Of a stretch of DNA of 64,000 nt, positions 1-9,708 are shown piece by piece. The position numbers were made by a program, and so were the translations under genes. The notes below the pieces were generated by a model. That model was not told the DNA's origin, made no database searches, and was given only the letters and a program-made list of their open reading frames with translations. This DNA is from an uncultured Gemmatimonadales bacterium (GTDB lineage Bacteria; Gemmatimonadota; Gemmatimonadetes; Longimicrobiales; Gaopeijiaceae), in assembly GCA_963809895.1 (NCBI GenBank), contig CAWELD010000003.1:1184001-1248000 (forward strand). The letters are read 5' to 3'. The stretch's first letter is position 1; every line of letters starts with the position of its first letter.

Positions 1-1
1 G

Positions 2-838
2 CGCCCCGTCCACGAGATCATCGATCAGGCGGAGGCCATCGGCGCAGGATCGCTGGACCGCCGTATCGGCGCCTACGCCGACACCCAGGAGTACCGTCGG
101 CTGGTCGAGGTCCTCAACACCATGCTCTCGCGCATCCAGTACGCCTTCGACGCCCAGCGCCGCTTCACCGCCGACGCGAGCCACGAGCTCAGATCGCCGC
201 TCACGGTCATCAGGGGCGAGATCGAGCTGGCGCTTCGCCGGCAGCGATCCCCCGAGGAATACCGGCGGGTGCTCGAGAGCAGCCTCGAAGAGGTGGTGCG
301 CCTGTCGCGGATCACCGAGGACCTCCTGACCCTGGCGCGCTCGGATGCGGAGACCCCTCGCACCACCGGCGAGCCGGTGCAATGCGCCGAGGTCGCCCGC
401 CGCATCCTCGGCCGGTTCCAGGGCGCCGTCCAGGACAAGGGACTCGATCTGGCGGTGGACATCCCTCCCGAGCTCGACGCTCCGCTGGACCCCGTCCTCC
501 TCAGCCAGGTGATCTGGAACCTCGTGGACAACGCCGTGAAGTTCACACCCGCCGGCGGACGCATCGGCGTGACCTTGTCTCACGACGATGGCGTCGTGGA
601 ATTCTCGGTCACCGACAGCGGTCCGGGCCTCGGGCCCGAGCCGGCCCGGGTCTTCGACCGCTTCTTCCGGGCCGACGAGGTGCGCACGCCAGGTGAGGAG
701 ACCTCCGGCACGGGGCTCGGACTGGCCATCGTGCGCGCTCTGGTCGAGGGACAGGGCGGTGAGGTGGGCGCCGAGAATCTGCCCGAGGGTGGTGCCCGGG
801 TGTTCGCGCGGCTTCCGGTGGAGGTGGTCGCAGCGTAG
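2..838 (+). CDS. Heavy-metal sensor histidine kinase (CusS/CopS-like), 5' end outside the window
   Basis: Frame open from nt 2 (HAMP-like [22 protein letters not shown]); H-box [14 protein letters not shown]-box [10 protein letters not shown]-boxes DSGPG and GTGLGLAI; directly upstream of copper efflux genes. Confidence 0.9.
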   Translation, partial: RPVHEIIDQAEAIGAGSLDRRIGAYADTQEYRRLVEVLNTMLSRIQYAFDAQRRFTADASHELRSPLTVIRGEIELALRRQRSPEEYRRVLESSLEEVVRLSRITEDLLTLARSDAETPRTTGEPVQCAEVARRILGRFQGAVQDKGLDLAVDIPPELDAPLDPVLLSQVIWNLVDNAVKFTPAGGRIGVTLSHDDGVVEFSVTDSGPGLGPEPARVFDRFFRADEVRTPGEETSGTGLGLAIVRALVEGQGGEVGAENLPEGGARVFARLPVEVVAA

Positions 839-856
839 GTGCCTGCGTTTTTCGCC

Positions 857-915
857 GTGGGGAACACCCCCACAAGGCGTGAAGCCATCTTCATACGAGC
901 GTAACCGAGTCTTCA
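857..915. promoter_or_regulatory. Composite operator upstream of the cusC-like gene
   Basis: GTGGGG-N5-CCCCAC (857-873), then TGAAG-N4-CTTCA (880-893) and a second TCTTCA 22 bp later; same layout recurs at 9580-9638. Confidence 0.6.
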
Positions 916-970
916 CGAAGGCTCCCGTAGCTTGATCGCAATCGTACGGGACCATCTCTCGAGAAGAACG

Positions 971-2299
971 ATGATCGCTCGAACCCCCATGTTGCTGCTC
1001 GGCCTCGTGGCGGTCGCCTCCACCCGACCCGTCCTGGCTCAGGCACCGCCGTCCGCTCCCCCGACCGGCGCACAGATCCGGGAGCCCCTCCCCCTCGATC
1101 GCGTGCTCGATCTCCTGGCCCAGCGGAATCCCCGGTTGCGGGCCATGGAAGCGTCGGCCTCTGCCGCGGCCAGCCGGGTCGACGACGCCTCCACGCTACC
1201 GGATCCGACGCTCCAGTTGGGCATCATGAACTTCGGCGTCCCCGACCTGAACGCGGACATGCCGGCCTCCATGGCACCGTCGGTCCAGCTCATGCAGCTG
1301 GTGCCCTTTCCCGGAAAGCTCTCGCTCCGGGGGGAGATCGCCGAACACGGCCAGGGGATGGCGTACGCCGCGGCCGACGAAGCGTGGTGGTCCGTCCGGG
1401 CCGAGGCATCCGGCCTGTACTACGACCTCTACGCGCTGGACCATCAGCTCGAGGTCATGGGGAGTACCCTCCAGCTCCTCAAGGACTTCCAGACCGTCGC
1501 CAAGGCCCTGTACGCATCCGGCACCGGACGCCAGGCCGACGTGCTGCGCGCCGATGTCGAAGTCGCGCGCATGGACGGGGAGATCCGGCGGTTGGAAGCA
1601 TCGCGCGTGGCGCTCTCCGCCCGCCTGAACGGCCTGCTCGACCGGCCGGCCGACACACCGGTGGGCAGCCCGGTGCTCGGAGCCCTGCCCCTGACGACCC
1701 CGGACGCCGACACGCTGCGAGCCTGGGCCGACGAGAGCCGGCCACTCCTGCATGGTGGTCGACTCGGGGTCGAGCAGGCCGAAGCACGCGTGGCGTTGGC
1801 ACGCAAGGAAATCTGGCCGAATCTCACGTTCGGGCTGAGCTACGGTCAACGGGACGCGGGGATGGGGCTCGAGCGCATGGGGAGTGCCATGGTCGGGTTC
1901 AGCCTCCCCGTTCACGCGGGACGCCGCCAACTCGCCGCGCGCGACGAGGCGAAGGCCCTGCACCTGATGGCCGAGTCCGAGCTCGGCGGGGCCCGCGCAC
2001 AGGTGGACGCCCGCATCGGCGAGCTCCTTGCCGAACTCGATCGGGCCCGGACCCTCACGCGCCTCTACCGCGACGAGGTGCTCCCCGAGGCTCACACCAC
2101 CGTCGAGTCGGCCCTCTCCTCGTACCGCGTGGGCGAGGTGGACTTCATGACGCTGGTCGACGCACAGATGACCGTGAACCGCTACGAAGGCGAGCTCTAC
2201 CGCCTCCTGGCCGACTACGGAAAGGCCGTCACGGCGCTGGAATCCACCGTGGGCCGCCCCCTTCCCCCATCCGACGCGATCCTCGCGGAGGACCGATGA
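971..2299 (+). CDS. TolC-family outer membrane efflux protein (CusC-like)
   Basis: Signal peptide, PFPGKL motif, two OEP-like helical repeats, SYRVGEVDFMTLVDAQ; ATGA overlap with the next gene. Confidence 0.88.
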   Translation: MIARTPMLLLGLVAVASTRPVLAQAPPSAPPTGAQIREPLPLDRVLDLLAQRNPRLRAMEASASAAASRVDDASTLPDPTLQLGIMNFGVPDLNADMPASMAPSVQLMQLVPFPGKLSLRGEIAEHGQGMAYAAADEAWWSVRAEASGLYYDLYALDHQLEVMGSTLQLLKDFQTVAKALYASGTGRQADVLRADVEVARMDGEIRRLEASRVALSARLNGLLDRPADTPVGSPVLGALPLTTPDADTLRAWADESRPLLHGGRLGVEQAEARVALARKEIWPNLTFGLSYGQRDAGMGLERMGSAMVGFSLPVHAGRRQLAARDEAKALHLMAESELGGARAQVDARIGELLAELDRARTLTRLYRDEVLPEAHTTVESALSSYRVGEVDFMTLVDAQMTVNRYEGELYRLLADYGKAVTALESTVGRPLPPSDAILAEDR

Positions 2300-3570
2300 G
2301 CAACCTCAAGCAACTCGCCCTCTCGGTGGTGGTGATCCTGGCAGCGGGCGCCATCGTAGCCTTCCGCCTGGACGACGGTGACGCCGCCGCCGCATCGAAC
2401 GGAATGGCGGGGCACAACCACGCCGCCATGACGGCGGCCAAGGAGCAGAAACCCGTGCGCCTGGCGGCCGAAGACGCGCGGCGCATCGGGGTCACATACG
2501 CGACGGTGGAACGACGAGGCCTGGACCTGGCCGTCGAGGCCCTGGGCACCGTTGCGTACGACGAGACGCGCCTCACCACGGTCAACCCGAAGGTCGACGG
2601 ATGGGTCGAGCATCTCTTCGTCGACTTCACCGGCGCACCGGTGAAGGCCGGCCAACCCCTCTTCGCCCTGTACAGCCCCAAGCTCGTCTCGGCGCAGGAG
2701 GAGCTGGTGCTCGCGGCCCGGCTGGCGCGGGAAGCCCCATCCACCGGTCGAGCCGCGGACAACGCGCTCGCGCTGCTGGAGTCCGCTCGCAAGCGGCTCG
2801 CCTACTGGGACGTCCCGCCCGAGGAGATTCGACGGGTGGAGGAGACCGGCGAGGTGGTCAAGACGCTGACCCTGCGCGCGCCGGCCAGCGGCATCGTCGT
2901 GGAGAAGAACGTCATCGAGGGGGATCGCATCACCCCCGGGATGACCCTCTACCGGATCGCCGACCTGTCGCGTGTGTGGATCGAAGCGGACGTGTTCGAG
3001 AAAGACCTGGGGCTCGTTCGGGAAGGACAGGCCGGCACCGTCCGTTTCGAAGCCTATCCCGGACACGACTTCGAGGCGCGGGTCACCTACGTCTATCCAT
3101 CCGTCTCGCTGGAATCCCGCACCGGTCGCATTCGACTCGAGCTCGCGAACCCGGACCTGCGACTTCGTCCGGGAATGTACGCCGACATCGACCTGGTCAT
3201 CCCCCCTTCCGAGCCCACGCTCGTCGTGCCCCGTAGCGCGGTCCTGTCGACCGGGACTCGTTCCCTGGTCTTCGTTCAGGCCGCCGACGGCTCGCTGGTG
3301 CCGCGGTCCATCACGCCTGGACGCACGGTGCGTAGAGACGTGGAGGTGGTCTCGGGCCTGGCCGAAGGCGAGCGCGTGGTCTCGTCCGCGGCCTTCCTGG
3401 TGGATGCGGAGTCGAACCTGGGGGCCCTCACCGCCGGCATGGACATGTCGGGCGACATGGAGGCCAGTGCCTCCGACTCCGCGGCCGCCGGGGCCATGGA
3501 CATGGACCAATCGTCCATGAAGCCACCGGCCGGGAACGACGGTCACCAGGGTCACGACGGCTCGCACTGA
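2296..3570 (+). CDS. cusB: RND efflux periplasmic adaptor (CusB-like)
   Basis: N-terminal anchor, YSPKLVSAQEE, LRAPASG, IADLSRVWI, LRPGMY, GLAEGERVV; Met/His-rich termini; ATG overlaps the cusC stop. Confidence 0.9.
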   Translation: MSNLKQLALSVVVILAAGAIVAFRLDDGDAAAASNGMAGHNHAAMTAAKEQKPVRLAAEDARRIGVTYATVERRGLDLAVEALGTVAYDETRLTTVNPKVDGWVEHLFVDFTGAPVKAGQPLFALYSPKLVSAQEELVLAARLAREAPSTGRAADNALALLESARKRLAYWDVPPEEIRRVEETGEVVKTLTLRAPASGIVVEKNVIEGDRITPGMTLYRIADLSRVWIEADVFEKDLGLVREGQAGTVRFEAYPGHDFEARVTYVYPSVSLESRTGRIRLELANPDLRLRPGMYADIDLVIPPSEPTLVVPRSAVLSTGTRSLVFVQAADGSLVPRSITPGRTVRRDVEVVSGLAEGERVVSSAAFLVDAESNLGALTAGMDMSGDMEASASDSAAAGAMDMDQSSMKPPAGNDGHQGHDGSH

Positions 3571-3580
3571 GGGCTGGATC

Positions 3581-6500
3581 ATGTTGAAGCGCGTCATCGA
3601 AGCCGCGGTCCGGAACAAGTTCCTCGTCCTTCTCTTCGCCCTGTTCGTGGCGGCGGGGGGCGTGCTCGCCATGCGAGAGACGCCGCTGGAGGCCCTCCCG
3701 GACCTCTCCGACGTCCAGGTCATCGTGCGCACCGACTACGCCGGGCAGGCCCCGCAGATCGTCGAAGATCAGGTCACGTATCCGGTGGCCTCCGAGATGC
3801 TCAAGGTGCCCGGCGCGCAGACCGTGCGCGGGTACTCGTTCTTCGGGACCTCGTTCGTCTACATCATCTTCGAGGACGGCACCGACCTGTACTGGGCCCG
3901 GAGTCGCGTTCTGGAGTACCTGTCCGCGATTCGCGGCAAGCTCCCGGAGCACGCGGATCCGTCTCTCGGTCCCGACGCCACCGGGCTGGGATGGGTCTAT
4001 CAGTACGCGCTGGAAGACACCTCCGGGACCATGTCGCTGGCCGACCTGCGCTCGTACCAGGATTGGTACCTCCGCTACCAGCTCACCGCGGTGCCCGGTG
4101 TGAGCGAAGTGGCCAGCGTGGGAGGCTACGAGCGCGTCTACGAGGTGACGGTGGATCCCGTCAAGCTCCGGGGATACGGCATTCCGGTCACGCGGGTCAT
4201 GGACGCGCTGCGAGCTTCCAACGAGGACGTCGGCGCCATGGTGCTGGAAATGGCCGAGCGTGAGTACATGATCCGGGGCCTGGGCTACCTCCAGGACATG
4301 GAGGACATCGAGAACGTCGTGGTGGCATCTACCGGCCACGGGACCCCGGTGCGCGTCGCCGACGTGGCGCAGGTTCGTCTCGCTCCCGACGTGCGGCGCG
4401 GCGTCGCGGACCTGAACGGGCGCGGAGACGTGGTGGGTGGCATCGTGGTGATGCGGTACGGAGAGAACGCGCTGGCGACCATCGACCGCGTCAAGGAGAA
4501 GCTGAGCCAGTTGGAGAAGGGCTTTCCCGCGGGAGTCGTCCTGCGGCCCGTCTACGACCGGTCGGATCTCATCCATCGAGCCATCGGCACCCTCAAGGAG
4601 AAGCTCCTGGAGGAGTCGCTGGTGGTGGCGCTGGTGACGGCGGTCTTCCTGGTGCACGTACAGAGCGCGCTGGTGGCCATCCTCACCCTGCCGCTGGGCA
4701 TCCTCATGGCCTTCATCGCCATGCGCGCCCTGGGACTGGGTGCCGACATCATGAGCCTGGGCGGTATCGCCATCGCCATCGGGGCCATGATCGACGCCGC
4801 CATCGTCATGATCGAGAACATGCACAAGCACCTGGAGCGCGCCATCGACGAGAAGCGCGCCAGGGCCCGGGCCCTGGGGGTCCCGCTACCCGGCGACGAG
4901 GGCGGTGACTACCTCCACACGAAGCTGCTGACCCCGCGCGAGCGATGGGACGTGGTGGTGCGGTCGTCCAAGGAAGTGGGCCCCGCCCTCTTCTTCAGCC
5001 TCCTCATCATCACCGTGTCCTTTCTTCCGGTCTTCAGCCTGGAGGCCCAGGAAGGGCGACTCTTCAAGCCGCTGGCCTGGACCAAGACCCTGGCCATGGG
5101 TTCGGCGAGCCTGCTCTCGGTCACGCTGGTGCCGGTGGCCATGGGACTCTTCGTGCGGGGACGCATCCACCGGGAACACGCGAATCCGGTCAACCGCGTC
5201 CTGGTTCGCCTCTACAAGCCCGTTCTCGAATTCGTGCTGCGGTTCCGCTGGCCCGTAGTGGCGTCGGCCGCGGCGCTGCTGATCCTCACGGTGTTGCCCT
5301 ACGAGAAGATCGGATCGGAGTTCATGCCGCCTCTCGACGAGGGCACCATTCTCTACATGCCCACCACGCTCCCGGGCATCAGCGTGGCCAAGGCTCGCGA
5401 GACCCTGCGGGTGCAGGATTCCATCCTCGCGGCCTTCCCCGAGGTGGCGAGCGTCTTCGGAAAGGCCGGACGCGCCACGACGGCCACCGACCCCGCGCCG
5501 TTGTCCATGTTCGAGACGACCATCGTGCTCCGGGACGAAGAAGAATGGCGTGCGGGCATGACCTACGACGCGCTCGTCGCGGAGATGGACCACGAGCTGC
5601 GCATGGCCGGAATCACCAACTCCTGGACCATGCCCATCAAGGGACGCATCGACATGCTGGCCACCGGCATCCGGACGCCGGTGGGGGTGAAGATCTTCGG
5701 GCCCGACCTGAACGAGCTGGAGCGCCTGGCGCGAGAGGTGGAGGCCGCGGTACAGATGGTGCCGGGCACGCGGTCGGCGTTCGGCGAACGCGTGGTGAGC
5801 GGGTCCTACCTGGACATCGACATCGACCGGGAAGCCGCCGCCCGCTACGGTCTCAACGTCCAGGAGATCCAGCGCGTGATCGCCTCGGCCATCGGTGGCA
5901 TGACCATCACGCGCACCGTGGAAGGCCGCGAGCGCTACGGCGTCCGGGTCCGCTACCCCCAGGAGCTCCGGGACCAGCCCGAGAAGCTCGCCGAGATCCT
6001 CATCCCCGTCGGCGGCCGCCGAGGCGGATACGGGATGGCGGACATGGCCGCGCCGGCGACCATGGCGGGGATGAACGACCTGGATCCCTCCGCCGACCGA
6101 GGCGGCATGGCGTCGGGCGCGGCGGGGGTCGGCATGGGGGGTGGTGGGTCCGCGCAGGTGCCTCTCGGACAGGTGGCCCACATCCGGACGGTCGGCGGAC
6201 CCATGGCCGTGAAGACCGAACAGGCGTTCCCCACCGCCTGGGTCTTCGTGGACGTGCGGGACAGCGACCTCGGATCCTACGTCACCGCGGCCCAACGCAT
6301 GGTGGACCAGATGGTGACCCTGCCCACCGGCTACAGCCTTCAGTGGAGTGGGCAGTACGAGTACATGCTCAGAGCCAAGGAGCGGCTGGCGCTGGTGGTG
6401 CCCGCCACCCTCCTCATCATCTTCCTCCTCCTCTTCCTCAACTTCGGCCGACTGGGTGAGACACTCATCGTCATGCTCTCACTCCCGTTCGCCCTGGTGG

Positions 6501-6952
6501 GCGGCGTCCTGATGATGGCGATCCTGGGCTTCAACTGGTCCGTCGCCACCGGCGTCGGGTTCATCGCCCTGGCGGGCGTCGCCGCAGAGATCGGCGTCAT
6601 CATGCTCCTGTATCTCGGCAACGCATGGGAGGCCCGCCGGCAGGCGGGTGGAGCCACCGCCGCGGGGCTCCACGATGCGGTGATCGAGGGAGCGGCGCTC
6701 CGTGTGCGGCCCATCATGATGACGGTGACGGCGATCATCGGTGGGCTGCTGCCGATCTTCTGGGGGCACGGGACCGGCGCCACCGTCATGCGCCGCATCG
6801 CCGCTCCCATGGTCGGGGGGATGGTGTCGGCGACGCTGCTCACACTCCTGGTCATTCCCGCGATCTACTCGCTGTGGCAGGAAGCGCTGGTACGCCGCGC
6901 CGCGCGGTCGAGCGTGGATGCCCTCGAGCCCGTTCCCACGGGAGCGGATTGA
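3581..6952 (+). CDS. cusA: CusA/CzcA-family heavy-metal RND permease (Cu/Ag type)
   Basis: ALPDLSDVQVI, GPDATGLGWVYQY, IMSLGGIAIAIGAMIDAAIVMIEN, EFMPPLDEG, PAPLSMFET, RIDMLATG. Confidence 0.96.
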   Translation: MLKRVIEAAVRNKFLVLLFALFVAAGGVLAMRETPLEALPDLSDVQVIVRTDYAGQAPQIVEDQVTYPVASEMLKVPGAQTVRGYSFFGTSFVYIIFEDGTDLYWARSRVLEYLSAIRGKLPEHADPSLGPDATGLGWVYQYALEDTSGTMSLADLRSYQDWYLRYQLTAVPGVSEVASVGGYERVYEVTVDPVKLRGYGIPVTRVMDALRASNEDVGAMVLEMAEREYMIRGLGYLQDMEDIENVVVASTGHGTPVRVADVAQVRLAPDVRRGVADLNGRGDVVGGIVVMRYGENALATIDRVKEKLSQLEKGFPAGVVLRPVYDRSDLIHRAIGTLKEKLLEESLVVALVTAVFLVHVQSALVAILTLPLGILMAFIAMRALGLGADIMSLGGIAIAIGAMIDAAIVMIENMHKHLERAIDEKRARARALGVPLPGDEGGDYLHTKLLTPRERWDVVVRSSKEVGPALFFSLLIITVSFLPVFSLEAQEGRLFKPLAWTKTLAMGSASLLSVTLVPVAMGLFVRGRIHREHANPVNRVLVRLYKPVLEFVLRFRWPVVASAAALLILTVLPYEKIGSEFMPPLDEGTILYMPTTLPGISVAKARETLRVQDSILAAFPEVASVFGKAGRATTATDPAPLSMFETTIVLRDEEEWRAGMTYDALVAEMDHELRMAGITNSWTMPIKGRIDMLATGIRTPVGVKIFGPDLNELERLAREVEAAVQMVPGTRSAFGERVVSGSYLDIDIDREAAARYGLNVQEIQRVIASAIGGMTITRTVEGRERYGVRVRYPQELRDQPEKLAEILIPVGGRRGGYGMADMAAPATMAGMNDLDPSADRGGMASGAAGVGMGGGGSAQVPLGQVAHIRTVGGPMAVKTEQAFPTAWVFVDVRDSDLGSYVTAAQRMVDQMVTLPTGYSLQWSGQYEYMLRAKERLALVVPATLLIIFLLLFLNFGRLGETLIVMLSLPFALVGGVLMMAILGFNWSVATGVGFIALAGVAAEIGVIMLLYLGNAWEARRQAGGATAAGLHDAVIEGAALRVRPIMMTVTAIIGGLLPIFWGHGTGATVMRRIAAPMVGGMVSATLLTLLVIPAIYSLWQEALVRRAARSSVDALEPVPTGAD

Positions 6953-7031
6953 CGGCGGCGCGCCGGCGACGGATCGTTCAGCAATGAGGTGGAGGTTGCC
7001 CCTCGATCGCGACCACGAAAAAGAGCACACC

Positions 7032-7424
7032 ATGAAGCCGACCCTCCCAAGCCTCGGCGCAGCCTTCTTCGCGCTGGCGCTCCTGGCCTTCGCCCCTCCG
7101 GCGGCGTTCGGCGCTCGACGCCACTTCGAGCTCGTTCGCTCGGACCCCGTCGCGGACTCCACGGTCGCCACCGTCCTGGCGGTTCGTCTCTGGTTCACGG
7201 AGGCGCCCGAGGACAACACGGTGTCCATCCACGTCCTGGATGCGGCCGGCGAACAAACGCCGGTCAGTGACGTGAGCCAGGATTCGGAGGACCCCACGAT
7301 GTTCAGCGTGGCGCCGCGGGCTGCGCTCGCACCGGGCACCTACACCGTCGCCTGGCGTGGCATGGGAGACGACGGTCACGTGGTTCGAGGCCAATACGAG
7401 TTCAGGGTGGCGCAGGCGCGCTAG
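7032..7424 (+). CDS. copC: Copper resistance protein CopC
   Basis: Signal peptide, HFELVRSDP, LWFTE, GTYTVAWR and C-terminal DDGH motif. Confidence 0.88.
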   Translation: MKPTLPSLGAAFFALALLAFAPPAAFGARRHFELVRSDPVADSTVATVLAVRLWFTEAPEDNTVSIHVLDAAGEQTPVSDVSQDSEDPTMFSVAPRAALAPGTYTVAWRGMGDDGHVVRGQYEFRVAQAR

Positions 7425-7438
7425 CGAGCCGACGACCC

Positions 7439-8347
7439 GTGTCCGGCGGCCACCCCCTTCTGGATGCCCTCGTCGGCTGGGTCTTCTTCTTTCCCCTGGC
7501 GCTGAGCCTCGGGTGCGCGGTGAGTCGCTGGACCTTTCTGCGTGGGGGCGAGCCGGCCTCCCCACCGACGCAGCTCGCGTTCCGCCGGAGCACCGTGGCG
7601 CGTCTCGGACAGCACGCGTCCATGGCCGCGGGCGTGGCGCTGCTCGCGTTGGGGGCACGACAGGCCGTCGAATTCCACGATCCGTTCGGCTCCTGGCGTC
7701 AGGACCTGGTGCTACTCCTGAGCGGCACGTCGTGGGGCCGGGTCTGGATCGGTGGCATCGTCGCGGCCGCCCTCGCCCACCTGGGCTTCCGCCGGGCTGC
7801 CCGCGACCGCTCCGGAGGCTGGGTCCTGGCCACGGCCGGTGGGCTGTTGCTGGGCATGGTTCCCGGCCTGACCGGCCACGCCGGCGGCGGCGACCATGGT
7901 GTCCTCCCGCTGGTCGCCGACGCTCTTCACGTATGGGCCATGTCGGGCTGGATCGGCGGCCTCGGTGCCCTTCTCTTCCTCGAGTGGCGTCAGGTACGCG
8001 GTCCAGAGCCGTCGGCCAGCGTCTTGCCCGACCTCGTGCCCCGCTTCTCCCGGCTGGCGATGGTGTGCGTGGCCACCCTGCTGGTCACCGGGATCGTGGC
8101 TGCCTGGCTCCACCTGGGGAGCGTCGCCGACCTGATCCACACCCGATACGGCCTGCTCCTCCTCCTGAAGATCGGGCTCGTGTCCGTCGTTCTGGCTCTG
8201 GGTGGCCTCAACTGGCGTCGTCTGACGCCTCACCTGGGTGAGCCCGAGGGACCTCGGCTCCTGGAACGTGCGGCCATGCTGGAGCTCGTGGTGGCGAACG
8301 TGGTCCTCGCCGTCACCGCCGTGCTCGTGCGCACGCCACCGCCGTGA
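7439..8347 (+). CDS. copD: CopD-family copper membrane protein
   Basis: Multi-TM; GLTGHA, DALHVWAMSGWIGGL, RFSRLA, TRYGLLLLLK; follows copC. Confidence 0.88.
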   Translation: MSGGHPLLDALVGWVFFFPLALSLGCAVSRWTFLRGGEPASPPTQLAFRRSTVARLGQHASMAAGVALLALGARQAVEFHDPFGSWRQDLVLLLSGTSWGRVWIGGIVAAALAHLGFRRAARDRSGGWVLATAGGLLLGMVPGLTGHAGGGDHGVLPLVADALHVWAMSGWIGGLGALLFLEWRQVRGPEPSASVLPDLVPRFSRLAMVCVATLLVTGIVAAWLHLGSVADLIHTRYGLLLLLKIGLVSVVLALGGLNWRRLTPHLGEPEGPRLLERAAMLELVVANVVLAVTAVLVRTPPP

Positions 8348-8352
8348 TCTGA

Positions 8353-9498
8353 TCAGGCGGTCGCGTGACGGCGCCGGTAGCCTTTCCCCCACCGCAGGAC
8401 CAGCCTTCCCAGGTGGCCGTCGTTCTCGTTCACGGCGTTCAGGAGCGCCCAGGCGAAGCCGTACCAGGTTCGTGAGGCGAGCGCACGTTCGAGGAGGCGC
8501 AAGCCACGCGGCGACTCGAGGAGGTGACGCCGCAGGAGCCGCCCGCGCCGGAACTCGTCTTCGAAGGTCTCAGCCGCCATCGCGGGGTACCGGGCCGGGT
8601 CCCCCGCCTCCCAGGCCCGAGCGAGAAGGCCCGCGGAGCGCAGGGCGTTCTGGATCCCTTCGCCGGTGAGTGGATCGGCCAGGCCGGCGGCGTCGCCGAT
8701 CAGCGCGAAGTCGGCTCCTCCGATAGCGCCGTAGTCGCCGTGACCATGCCACGCGGTGCCGATGACCGCGCCGGCGCGCTCCACCGACGGCCCGACCCCA
8801 CCGTCGACCCGCGAGGCATAGTCGTCGATCTCGCCATCGAGCTGCGGCCGGCGCCACGTGCTCTCCGGGACCACGATACCCACCGAACGATGGTCTGGCC
8901 GCGGAAAGTCCCACAGGTAGCCCGCGACATCGTCGTAGAAGCGGAGGGTCGCTCGTTCGGGATCCGGGCCGGTACCCCCGGGATAGGCCACGCGGGTGGG
9001 CTCCAGCTCCACCTTGAAATCGGGGGCCACGACCCGGCGTACGAGGCTCGCCGCCCCGTCGGCACCGACGAGGAATGCGGCCCGCAGCTCCTCGTCGGGT
9101 GTCTCGAGGCGCCAACCGCCGCCACCTGCCCGGGCAATCGTGCGCACACGCACCGGGCGGTGCAGCACGCCGGCCGCGCCGGCACGTTCGAGCTGCCAAC
9201 GCCCCAGGAGCCGCCTGGACACGATCCAGATGGGCTGTTCCAGGGGCAGGCCCAGCGATTGCCGGTGCTGTATCTCCACCCGCACGCCCGCTACCGGCCG
9301 CGCCAGGGACCGGATCTCCCCGAGCTCGGGCATCTCCTCGAAGGCGGCCGGCGTGAGCCCACCGCCGCACGGCTTCTCCCACGGAGCTCTCGGGTCCAGG
9401 AGCACCACGGAGGCGCCCATGGCCGCCAGGAGCTCGGCCACGCGGGCCCCCGCGGGCCCCGCCCCCACCACGGCGACGTCGACGATCTCGCTCATCAT
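8353..9498 (-). CDS. Geranylgeranyl reductase-family FAD-dependent oxidoreductase
   Basis: VVGAGPAG, EKPCGGGL, GADGAAS, GYLWDFP, LIGDAAGLADPLTGEGI. Confidence 0.85.
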   Translation of the reverse strand: MMSEIVDVAVVGAGPAGARVAELLAAMGASVVLLDPRAPWEKPCGGGLTPAAFEEMPELGEIRSLARPVAGVRVEIQHRQSLGLPLEQPIWIVSRRLLGRWQLERAGAAGVLHRPVRVRTIARAGGGGWRLETPDEELRAAFLVGADGAASLVRRVVAPDFKVELEPTRVAYPGGTGPDPERATLRFYDDVAGYLWDFPRPDHRSVGIVVPESTWRRPQLDGEIDDYASRVDGGVGPSVERAGAVIGTAWHGHGDYGAIGGADFALIGDAAGLADPLTGEGIQNALRSAGLLARAWEAGDPARYPAMAAETFEDEFRRGRLLRRHLLESPRGLRLLERALASRTWYGFAWALLNAVNENDGHLGRLVLRWGKGYRRRHATA

Positions 9499-9579
9499 GG
9501 CCGGAACCTAAGCTCCCGACTGCCCGCGTTCGAGAGCCACACGCAGAGCAGCCCTGTGTGCGCGGATCCGGTGTCACCT

Positions 9580-9638
9580 GTGGGGAAGCGCCCCACACCG
9601 CATGATTATCTCTTCATTTCGACTTCACGACGGGTTCA
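9580..9638. promoter_or_regulatory. Second copy of the composite copper operator, upstream of the DUF411 gene
   Basis: GTGGGG-N5-CCCCAC (9580-9596), TGA..TCTTCA (9603-9616), TTCA repeated at 11-bp spacing to 9638. Confidence 0.6.
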
Positions 9639-9708
9639 TCCACCCTACACCAACTTCGAGGGGTCGAAGCCTGCAGCCGCGGCGCCGCCGCCCACGCACG
9701 GAGAGCAC

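Noticed and set aside
1384..2295. 728-aa ORF suggesting a long N-terminal extension of CusB
   Set aside because: The extension is an Arg/Pro-rich shadow frame over cusC; the real start is the ATGA overlap at 2296
8524..9708. 565-aa ORF fusing unknown sequence to DUF411
   Set aside because: The upstream part is antisense to the reductase gene; RBS and signal peptide start at 9709
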